A DNA stretch of 18,819 nucleotides from Promethearchaeota archaeon (GTDB lineage Archaea > Asgardarchaeota > Odinarchaeia > Odinarchaeales > JBHLKK01): NCBI GenBank assembly GCA_048939465.1, contig JBHLPL010000018.1, positions 1 through 18,819 of the forward strand. The letters are read 5' to 3'. Both the position numbers and the translations under genes were made by a program. The notes under the pieces are model-generated. The model saw only the letters and a program-made list of their open reading frames with translations. It made no database searches and had not been told where the DNA came from. Below are positions 8,471 to 15,486 of the stretch, piece after piece. The stretch's first letter is position 1; the number at the start of each line of letters is the position of its first letter.

Positions 8471-9220
8471 TCACCTGAAGAGGTCCTCTTCTACTGGTCG
8501 GATGAGTTCTCGTGCGGATCCCTTTCCTGCCTGATAAGAATAGCCACGGATTACCACAACAGGAATCCCCTCGTCTGATTCTCCCATTAGTAGTTCGGCT
8601 GCAGACGCCAACTCATCCGCTATGGCGATTTTCGTAGTTTCAAGGGTGTAGTTGAAAAGATCTTTTCTATCTTTGTAATCTAGCAAAGGCCTGATACCAG
8701 CGGTGCCAATTGCCACCCCTATTGCGCCTTGGCGCAGAGGGCGACCGTGAGTATCGGAAACGATGACTGCAACGTTGATCCCCAAGATCTCTCTTATTCC
8801 CCTTCTAATATCCTCGGCGGATTTGTCGGGATCCGTGGGTAGGAGAGACGCTACATCATCGCCTGGGACATTTGATAAATCCACCCCAGAATTGGCACAG
8901 ACGAATCCATGGTGGGTTTCTGTAATCAGGTGCTTTTGGCTCATTCGGACAATGGATTTTGAGGCATTAAGAACGATTTCTATTTTTCTGGGATCTTTCT
9001 CCATGGTGGCAGCTATGCTCTTGGCAAACTGTGAAGGGGTCACTCCCCTCAGGTCAACTATGCTACCCTCAGCTCTTGAAATGATTGCTTGAGCAACAAC
9101 CAAGACATCTCCGCTTTCAAGTTCAAAATCATGCTCCCTTGAAGCACGAACAATCAGCTCTCCTATTTTATCTCCTTCCTTAACAATAGGAATCCCTTCC
9201 AAACCTATAATCTGAATCAT
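8471..9220 (-). CDS. cofE: Coenzyme F420-0:L-glutamate ligase
   Basis: 'GIPIVKEGD', 'ISRAEG', 'ETHHGFVCANSGVDLSN', 'LPTDPDKSA', 'VIVSDTHGRPLRQG' and 'ADELASAAELLMGE'. Confidence 0.94.
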   Translation of the reverse strand: MIQIIGLEGIPIVKEGDKIGELIVRASREHDFELESGDVLVVAQAIISRAEGSIVDLRGVTPSQFAKSIAATMEKDPRKIEIVLNASKSIVRMSQKHLITETHHGFVCANSGVDLSNVPGDDVASLLPTDPDKSAEDIRRGIREILGINVAVIVSDTHGRPLRQGAIGVAIGTAGIRPLLDYKDRKDLFNYTLETTKIAIADELASAAELLMGESDEGIPVVVIRGYSYQAGKGSARELIRPVEEDLFR

Positions 9221-9840
9221 TTTCTGCGCCTCAAAATCTTTTCTACTCTTCTTCTGTCTTCTTCTGTATTCACATTATAAAAGGAATCAAACTTCGGGTC
9301 TATCTTCTTCAGGACCATTGTGGAAACATAAAGCACCTTCAGTCCTTTGGTGATACCTTTCATTTCCAATCGTCCTGCGTCTATCATCCTTTCAGCCGCA
9401 TTTAAGGCCGGCTTACTGCGATAACTTGCGCAAAGTGGTTCGATATACCCATTAGGCCAGCGAGGAACTACCGCGTCATATCCTGATCTAATAGAATAGA
9501 GTAACTCAATAACCGAAGGTCTGATTAGTGGTGTATCACACGGAAGCAAAAAGACGTAATCACTCTTGATTTGCTTAAATGCCGTTATCGCTCCAAAAAG
9601 CGGACTGTGTTCCTGATTTGTATCGTCAAGAATAATCTCCACGTCATTCATATTATTTCGATATCTTTCACTCTGTTCTTTGCTCCCAAAAACAACGTAA
9701 ATATCGCCTGTAAGCGCTCTGCATGAATCTATTACGTACGAAATCATTGGCTTTCCTAGAATCCTAATTAGACCCTTCTCTGCACCTAATCTTCTGGCTT
9801 TCCCACCGGCTAGAATTGCGGCAAATAGTCCCATTAGCAT
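9217..9840 (-). CDS. mobA: MobA-like molybdenum cofactor guanylyltransferase
   Basis: 'AAILAGGKARRLGAEKG', 'LLPCDTPLI', 'IEPLCASY' and 'NVNTEED'. SD-like AGGGAG upstream; stop overlaps the cofE ATG (ATGA). Confidence 0.88.
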   Translation of the reverse strand: MLMGLFAAILAGGKARRLGAEKGLIRILGKPMISYVIDSCRALTGDIYVVFGSKEQSERYRNNMNDVEIILDDTNQEHSPLFGAITAFKQIKSDYVFLLPCDTPLIRPSVIELLYSIRSGYDAVVPRWPNGYIEPLCASYRSKPALNAAERMIDAGRLEMKGITKGLKVLYVSTMVLKKIDPKFDSFYNVNTEEDRRRVEKILRRRK

Positions 9841-9877
9841 TTCTCCCTTTTCCCAAAAGATCTACCCGATTTTGCAG

Positions 9878-9898
9878 ACTTATAAGCTTTTTATAAGT
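9878..9898. promoter_or_regulatory. Overlapping divergent TATA pair between mobA and apgM
   Basis: ACTTATAA-GCTTT-TTATAAGT, a perfect 8-5-8 inverted repeat in the divergent intergenic region. Confidence 0.7.
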
Positions 9899-9940
9899 GT
9901 TCTTTCAAACACTCAATATCTTCACATAAGGCAAAAGAAT

Positions 9941-11290
9941 GTGATCCTCGTGAAGGGAGACAGGGCTTTGCTAGTTATTTGCGATGGGATGAGCGACCAA
10001 GCGATAAGAGCGTTGGGTGGTAAGACTCCGTTGGAAGCGGCGAGTACTCCTAATCTAGACAACCTGGCGGAAATTGGCATAACCGGCCTTATCGATCCAC
10101 TGGGTCCCGGCATACCTGCGGGTAGTGAAGTCGGTCATCTGGCTATCTTCGGTTATGACGTTGCGCGAGAAAACCCTGGCAGAGGAACCATCGAAGCGCT
10201 CGGTCTTGGTCTGAAGCTGGAGGAAAATACTATCATCTTCAGAACAAACTTTGCGACGGTGGAGCCAAAGATAAGGAATGAAAAGAAAATCATAGTAGTG
10301 AAGGATAGACGTGCTGGGAGAAGACTTAGTCCTGACAATCTGATACTCGAAAAAGCGATAAATGACTCCCTTAAGAGTATTCAAGATGTTCAAATGAATT
10401 TCATAGCAACAGCCGAACATAGAGGGATTCTTATTCTGAAGGGTGGAGATCTGTCCCCCCATGTGACGGATTCTGACCCCCACCAGACTGGGGTGTCTGT
10501 GCCCAGAGTTCAGCCACTAACATCGGCTGAGGATTCAGTTGCCGCAAAGAGAACCGCGGAGATACTAAATATATTTCTCCAGAGAGTTTTTGAAATACTG
10601 GCCGGGCATGAGGTAAATCAACGGAGAAAAAGAGAAGGCAAGTTGCCTGCAAACATGATTCTATTTAGGGGCGGAGGCTCCCCTATGAAAATACAGTCTT
10701 TTGAAGAACGATGGGGAATGGAGGCTGCATGTATTGCTGCTCTGCCTCTTTACAAAGGCGTTGCAAGATTCCTTGGAATGTCCATCCTGGAAGTAGAAGG
10801 TATCACTGGATATTTTGACAGCAACATTAACGCAAAAATCCAAAATGGTATTAGTGCCTTGGACAAATATGAATTCGTCTTCGTCCATATTAAGGCATGT
10901 GACGTGGCAGCTCACGACAAGAAGCCTGACATGAAGGTAAAAATGATAGAGAAAATTGATGAAGCTCTTGGGCCATTAATTGGAGATGTAGTGAAATCTG
11001 AAAAAGCTCACATAATTATCACTTCTGATCATTCAACTTCTAGTCAGCTAGGTTCACATATTGCTGACCCCCCTCCCATACTAATAGCGGGTCCAAATGT
11101 CATAAGCGATGGTGTTTCTGCTTTCAACGAAAGAGCGACTCTTACTGGGGGACTCCATCGCGTTAGAGGTCTTGACCTCATGCCGCTGATCCTCGGTTAT
11201 ACGAGAAGAGCTATTGAAGGGGGGTTGAAATCTCATCCTGATTTGATGAGATATATTCCTAGAAAATTCGGACCGCCTTTGGAGCTTTAA
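9941..11290 (+). CDS. apgM: 2,3-bisphosphoglycerate-independent phosphoglycerate mutase (archaeal)
   Basis: 'ICDGMSD...GKTPLEAASTPNLD', 'GSEVGHLAIFGYD', 'FRTNFATV', 'VKDRRAGR', 'HIKACDVAAHD' and 'ITSDHST'. The ORF-track start 9872 lies upstream of the TATA candidate, so GTG 9941 or 9950 is preferred. Confidence 0.93.
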   Translation: MILVKGDRALLVICDGMSDQAIRALGGKTPLEAASTPNLDNLAEIGITGLIDPLGPGIPAGSEVGHLAIFGYDVARENPGRGTIEALGLGLKLEENTIIFRTNFATVEPKIRNEKKIIVVKDRRAGRRLSPDNLILEKAINDSLKSIQDVQMNFIATAEHRGILILKGGDLSPHVTDSDPHQTGVSVPRVQPLTSAEDSVAAKRTAEILNIFLQRVFEILAGHEVNQRRKREGKLPANMILFRGGGSPMKIQSFEERWGMEAACIAALPLYKGVARFLGMSILEVEGITGYFDSNINAKIQNGISALDKYEFVFVHIKACDVAAHDKKPDMKVKMIEKIDEALGPLIGDVVKSEKAHIIITSDHSTSSQLGSHIADPPPILIAGPNVISDGVSAFNERATLTGGLHRVRGLDLMPLILGYTRRAIEGGLKSHPDLMRYIPRKFGPPLEL

Positions 11291-11298
11291 CTACAAAT

Positions 11299-11619
11299 CT
11301 ATCTCGCTTTCTTATCAATTGCTAATCTGAAGGCCGGTGGATCTATTCTCTCAGATCGACACTTAGGACATTTACTAGGGCAACGCGGTTCCTTAATCTT
11401 TCTAAATTCATACCCACAATTTATACATCGGGGAGACAACATTGAAATAAACTGTTTTCTATTAGTTTGAGTTGAAACAGTTTTGGCTATGTGTTTGAGG
11501 TCGTCATAAACTCCCTGTTCGTCTAAAATGCCAAGTTTTGAGCAAATGTCCTTAACTCTTACCCACTTGTTTGCCTCGCGTAATATCTGCAGTATTTGCT
11601 CTCTACGAGTCCTCAACAT
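11299..11619 (-). CDS. HTH + Zn-ribbon putative transcriptional regulator (COG3357-like)
   Basis: 'TRREQILQILRE...VKDICSKL...VYDDLKHIAKT', then 'PRCINCGYEF...PSKCPKCRSERIDPPAF'. ATG 11619 follows AGGGAG; the longer ORF-track N-terminus overlaps the upstream gene. Confidence 0.85.
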   Translation of the reverse strand: MLRTRREQILQILREANKWVRVKDICSKLGILDEQGVYDDLKHIAKTVSTQTNRKQFISMLSPRCINCGYEFRKIKEPRCPSKCPKCRSERIDPPAFRLAIDKKAR

Positions 11620-12760
11620 TTTCTCCCTCTGTGGCGTACCGTCCGCGCTGATACAGATCAAAGAATGTTGTATCTTCTTCGACGTATATGCCATATTTGG
11701 CAACATCTGTCACCGGAATTTCTCCTATCTTAAAAGATCCATGTTTTCCAACAGTTACTGGTCTTTTAGGATTACCGAACAGCATGAATTCAATAGTTGC
11801 CAAAACCTCAATGTCATTAATCCTTTTCTTTGTACCTTTCTCAAGATCCAGAACCGCTTTTTGCTGTCTCTCATTTAACGTATTAAAAAGCTCTTTATCG
11901 ACCTTGACTTTGACTTCCCCTATAGTATCGCAACAATCCAGTGAATCCAGAACACCATATTTATAGCCATCACAATAATGACAAGCCATCCAATTCTTAT
12001 AGACTCTCGGATTATTATATGTTGGGCCGGTTGCTCCCAGATAAATCCCCCTTGCTTCTAACATCTTCCTTACAAGAGATCCAAAATTCGCCGTACTACA
12101 GGCCTCCGAAAAGACAAAGGGGTAGTGTTTGAACTTGATTCTTCTTAGATCTCTCCATGAAAGCAGTTTAATGGGGGGATTGCCGCCAAACCAACTGCCG
12201 TTGTCTCCGTGGACTCTGTCAAGAATGGTCCCATCGCTATACTGCAGAATCATCTCAGCATCTTCAAGCAACGGAATCCTGTTCTCACTAAACCCGTCGA
12301 GTAATTCTACATTAAACCCCAGGTCCATAAGCGCCTTTACAGGTAGTTCAGAGGTCTTCGGTGTCGTGTCAAAAACCAATGCGAGATTTGAATCTCCGTA
12401 ACTACATTCTAGATGGGAAAGAATCGTCTCTTTATTTCCAAAGATTCTGCCTACGGAGAGTGTTATGTTTCCCTCTCCGCCTAGGTCTTGATAGATTATG
12501 TCAGTATAGCGTACTTTATTACGAAATATGTATTTTAATGACGGAAATTCCTTAGCATCGCCTATTATTAGAAGCTGCCTTATCTTCCAATCCTCTGCCA
12601 TTTTCTCGATTTCTCGATTAGCTTCAAATACGTTCCTTGTCTTAATCTCGGCAGAGATCAGGCCCTGGTTCTTGCAGTACCGTCGCAAAGCCTCCTTATT
12701 TATCGTAGAAAGCTTATTGCTCCAGACAATGACCACTTGATCCCTATTCATAGCTGTCAC
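11603..12760 (-). CDS. Gingipain/peptidase C25-like (clan CD) cysteine protease, no signal peptide
   Basis: C25-like motif order 'LLIIGD', 'YTDIIY', 'LSVGRI', 'VHGD' (His184), 'FVFSEACSTANF' (Cys221), 'YLGAT' and 'LFGNP'. Recognised from motifs only, with no HMM run. Confidence 0.7.
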   Translation of the reverse strand: MTAMNRDQVVIVWSNKLSTINKEALRRYCKNQGLISAEIKTRNVFEANREIEKMAEDWKIRQLLIIGDAKEFPSLKYIFRNKVRYTDIIYQDLGGEGNITLSVGRIFGNKETILSHLECSYGDSNLALVFDTTPKTSELPVKALMDLGFNVELLDGFSENRIPLLEDAEMILQYSDGTILDRVHGDNGSWFGGNPPIKLLSWRDLRRIKFKHYPFVFSEACSTANFGSLVRKMLEARGIYLGATGPTYNNPRVYKNWMACHYCDGYKYGVLDSLDCCDTIGEVKVKVDKELFNTLNERQQKAVLDLEKGTKKRINDIEVLATIEFMLFGNPKRPVTVGKHGSFKIGEIPVTDVAKYGIYVEEDTTFFDLYQRGRYATEGENVEDS

Positions 12761-12794
12761 TTCGATTCTTGCATCCTAAGTTAGTTCCTTAACG

Positions 12795-12808
12795 AAATAA
12801 AAGCTTTG
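12795..12808 (-). promoter_or_regulatory. Candidate BRE-TATA for the C25-like gene
   Basis: Minus strand reads CAAAGC-TTTTATTT about 35 nt upstream of GTG 12760. Confidence 0.5.
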
Positions 12809-12850
12809 AAAAAACGACTTCAAGATTATCAAAATAAGGTAAAAGGAGAT

Positions 12851-13780
12851 CTATTGATTTTCCATTATTTTCTTGATTTCGCGGTACCTGGTTCTAAGCG
12901 TTACCTCGGTAATCCCAACAACTTCTGATATATAACTCTGGGATTTCGCCAATCCTAATTCTTGAGACGCGATATATAGAGTGGCGGCAACCAATCCCCT
13001 TGGATCTTTTCCTGCAACCTTCTTCTTCAGAATGAGATCTTTCAGTATTGAGACTGCCCTGCCTTCAACCTTACTTCCAGCACTTCCAGCAAGACCAAGT
13101 CTGTTGACGAATTGGGACACAAGTAACGTAGGGTTTGGTGGAGGAAAGCGCAATTTCAGCGTTTGGACGAGGATTCGGTAACAACGGCTAACGACCGTTT
13201 TCCTGGCTGAGGATCTTTTTGATATTTCCTCGAAGGTTCTGGGGACTTCATCTAGTCTGCATGCGGCATACAATGCAGCAGTTGCCATCGCCTTAATACT
13301 CTGCCCCCTGAGGAGCCCCTTCTTTAGAACTTTCCGGTAAAAGACTGCTGCAGTCTCTTCCACTGTCTTGGGTAGATTAAGCTGTCCTCTTAGTCTCCTT
13401 ATCTCTGTAGAAGCTATGGCTAGGTTTCTCTTTCGCCAGGTCAATCTGCTATCTAGTCTTCTAATTCTAATCATGCTTTGATACTTTCGAGGGGAAAAAC
13501 TCTGATCATAAGTATCGCGTCTTCGTCTGCTAATTACTGTTGCCAATCCTTTGTCTGGTAGCATATGCGTAGTCGGCAGACCTCGGTGAATTTTCTTCTC
13601 TTCTTCCCTATCAACAAAGCCGCTATCCCTATAATCAATTATGTGCTCCGATATTACAAGACCGCAAGTTTTGCAGATTACCTCTCCCCGAACAGGGTCA
13701 TCTATGATATCTTGGGCACCACATTCTGGACAAACAGACAGAGGGGAATACTTCTCGGTATAAGACTTAGAGATAACCAG
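12851..13780 (-). CDS. tfb: Transcription initiation factor IIB (TFB) paralog, full length about 309 aa, probable CTG start
   Basis: The frame continues upstream of the ORF-track start (13564) through Zn ribbon 'CPECG...GEVICKTCGLVI'. It includes 'DKGLAT', two cyclin repeats ('LLRGQSIKAMATAALYAACR', 'GKDPRGLVAATLYIAS') and BRE helix 'TEVTLRTRYREI'. In-frame TAA at 13796-13798. Confidence 0.9.
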   Translation of the reverse strand: MVISKSYTEKYSPLSVCPECGAQDIIDDPVRGEVICKTCGLVISEHIIDYRDSGFVDREEEKKIHRGLPTTHMLPDKGLATVISRRRRDTYDQSFSPRKYQSMIRIRRLDSRLTWRKRNLAIASTEIRRLRGQLNLPKTVEETAAVFYRKVLKKGLLRGQSIKAMATAALYAACRLDEVPRTFEEISKRSSARKTVVSRCYRILVQTLKLRFPPPNPTLLVSQFVNRLGLAGSAGSKVEGRAVSILKDLILKKKVAGKDPRGLVAATLYIASQELGLAKSQSYISEVVGITEVTLRTRYREIKKIMENQ

Positions 13781-13789
13781 CCTATAATA

Positions 13790-13797
13790 ACCTCCTT
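13790..13797 (-). promoter_or_regulatory. Shine-Dalgarno sequence of tfb
   Basis: AAGGAGGT on the minus strand, 9 nt before the in-frame CTG at 13780. Confidence 0.75.
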
Positions 13798-13803
13798 ATA
13801 GAG

Positions 13804-13843
13804 TTGACATGAACCGACATCAGTCAACACTATCCGACAGTAC
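13804..13843. repeat. Four YY(G/A)ACA motifs at exact 10-bp spacing
   Basis: TTGACAtgaa/CCGACAtcag/TCAACActat/CCGACAgtac. Confidence 0.6.
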
Positions 13844-13857
13844 ATATGTTTAATCAG

Positions 13858-13865
13858 TTTATAAA
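13858..13865. promoter_or_regulatory. Palindromic TATA (TTTATAAA) in the tfb/wHTH divergent region
   Basis: On the minus strand it is preceded by purine-rich GGAAAAGAACAACA. Confidence 0.55.
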
Positions 13866-13933
13866 TGTTGTTCTTTTCCGTACCTAAAGGATTTTAAACC
13901 TGCGTTTTTTATTTCTCTTTGAGAGGAATCAAC

Positions 13934-14368
13934 ATGGATCAACACTACGGCTCAGAATTAGAGGAGAAGATGGTATCCCAAATGAAGACTCTCAAGACCA
14001 TGATTGAGTCTATTACTCATCAAATAGAAGCTCTTCAAAGAACTATTTCCGAAAGCTTCGAAAGCCTGCAGAGCGCGCTAAGAGTAAGCTCCGAGGAATC
14101 TCCAACTCCTATGCGAGAAATGTTCTCTGCTTCTTCAAACCAATTCTCGGATAGGTACTCCGAACTATCTTGGGCTTTGAGTCGGACTCTGAGGGCTGTT
14201 AAGGAAGCCTACAATACAGACTCTTCTGGCATAACTGCAAGGAAGTTGGCAAATGAGATAAATGTGTCCAGAAGCAGGGCAAGCGAGCTGCTCAACGAAT
14301 TGGTTACGAAAGGACATCTTGAGAAACATCAGAAAGAGAGATCCATGAGGTTCAGACCTACTAAGTAA
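13934..14368 (+). CDS. Coiled-coil + C-terminal winged-HTH putative transcription regulator
   Basis: N-terminal heptad-like helix 'MKTLKTMIESITHQIEALQRTI'; C-terminal 'ITARKLANEINVSRSRASELLNELVTKGHLEKH'. ATG 13934 follows GAGAGGA. Confidence 0.75.
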   Translation: MDQHYGSELEEKMVSQMKTLKTMIESITHQIEALQRTISESFESLQSALRVSSEESPTPMREMFSASSNQFSDRYSELSWALSRTLRAVKEAYNTDSSGITARKLANEINVSRSRASELLNELVTKGHLEKHQKERSMRFRPTK

Positions 14369-14391
14369 TTACTGAAGTTATCTCTCAGTTA

Positions 14392-14401
14392 TTTTTATAA
14401 G
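14392..14401 (+). promoter_or_regulatory. Candidate TATA for the Zn-ribbon membrane protein gene
   Basis: TTTTTATAAG(TG), identical to the apgM-side TATA candidate at 9888-9899. Confidence 0.55.
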
Positions 14402-14472
14402 TGATTTCAGCAATTGGAGAAACCTATTACCCTAATAAAAGATCCGAATGGACTTATGGAGGGAACAAAAGG

Positions 14473-15420
14473 GTGTCTGAGCACAAAGCAAATTCTAAAG
14501 TAAGGCCGATGGACTTTGGAGAGATTTTCAGTCAGTCACTTGATGTCTACATGAGTAACTTGGGGCATCTGGCAGTCCCATTTATCCTCCTCAATATAAT
14601 GAGCGAGATTATTTCTAGGACAATTTCAACCTTTTTCGTTGTGGTTCCTACGCTTCCTCCCGCTCCTACTATTGAGCAAATCTATGCTTGGTTGGCCGAG
14701 TACGTTCTTCCTTTGATAGGATCTACAATACTGCTTGTGATCATTTCCCTATTCTTCACGATAGTCGCTGGTGGAACAGTTATCAAATATTCTTCTGATA
14801 AATTCTTGGAACGTGAAACATCGCTTTCAGACAGTTTTGGTTATGCCTCTGCTCGCTTCCTGTCATTGGCTGGTTCTGCAATCCTCTTCTGTCTTGCTGT
14901 GGTTTTTGGCTTCATCCTTCTAATAATTCCTGGAATACTCTTTGCAGTTTGGTTCATACTATCGTCTCAATGCGTCATTTTAGAAGACTCGACAGCTGTG
15001 TCCTCTCTCGGGAGAAGCAAACACTACGTTGAAGGAAATTGGTGGAAGACCTTTGGAGTTGTCATAGTTACAGCCATAGTAATGGGAATCGGATATGCCA
15101 TTTCGTACGCCGTCAGTACTGCAATTCTCTATGTTTTTGGGGCAATTATCACAAATCAGTACGCATTATCTATAATCTCAGGGATAATTTCTGCCATAGT
15201 TACTGCCTTCGTATATCCCTTCTGGATAGTTGTTGCTACAGTCACTTACTATGATCTGAAAGCACGCAAATCCGGACTACCTGCTCCAACAACAGCTCCC
15301 AAACCGGCTAGGATTTCAAAAATGGAAAAGAAATGTCAAGAGTGTGGCGCGGTGGTACCACCAGGTGCAGAATTCTGTCCTTCATGTGGGTCGGCACTAT
15401 ATCCTGAGAATACCCGCTAG
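14473..15420 (+). CDS. Polytopic membrane protein with C-terminal double zinc ribbon
   Basis: 'RPMDFGEIF' start motif, several hydrophobic helices, 'SLGRSKHYVEGNWWKTF', a Pro-rich linker and 'CQECG......FCPSCG'. GTG 14473 follows GGAGG (ATG 14509 is an alternative); the ORF-track start 14401 abuts the TATA candidate. Confidence 0.75.
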   Translation: MSEHKANSKVRPMDFGEIFSQSLDVYMSNLGHLAVPFILLNIMSEIISRTISTFFVVVPTLPPAPTIEQIYAWLAEYVLPLIGSTILLVIISLFFTIVAGGTVIKYSSDKFLERETSLSDSFGYASARFLSLAGSAILFCLAVVFGFILLIIPGILFAVWFILSSQCVILEDSTAVSSLGRSKHYVEGNWWKTFGVVIVTAIVMGIGYAISYAVSTAILYVFGAIITNQYALSIISGIISAIVTAFVYPFWIVVATVTYYDLKARKSGLPAPTTAPKPARISKMEKKCQECGAVVPPGAEFCPSCGSALYPENTR

Positions 15421-15470
15421 GTTTGGGGTAGAAGATTGAAGATGACATCTGTCAAAGGCCATCAATCATC

Positions 15471-15480
15471 CTCTTTTTTT
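15471..15480 (+). terminator. Oligo-T terminator candidate after the Zn-ribbon membrane gene
   Basis: CTCTTTTTTT in the convergent intergenic region. Confidence 0.4.
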
Positions 15481-15486
15481 ACTGGA

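Noticed and set aside
9217-9840. Annotation as cofC because of cofE adjacency
   Set aside because: The motifs (LAGG..RR.G..K, CDTP, NVNT) are MobA-type; a CofC-like role is retained only as a hypothesis.
9872-9940. N-terminal extension of apgM from the ORF track
   Set aside because: It would begin upstream of the TATA candidate, inside the divergent promoter, and is not homologous to ApgM.
12851-13564. TFB as a 237-aa N-terminally truncated gene or frameshifted pseudogene
   Set aside because: The Zn ribbon is in the same frame, 72 codons upstream, with no stop or frameshift; only the start codon is unusual.
13565-13801. 78-aa plus-strand ORF
   Set aside because: It is the antisense shadow of the TFB N-terminus.
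14401-14472. N-terminal extension of the Zn-ribbon membrane protein
   Set aside because: GTG 14401 abuts the TATA candidate; the SD-supported start lies at 14473.
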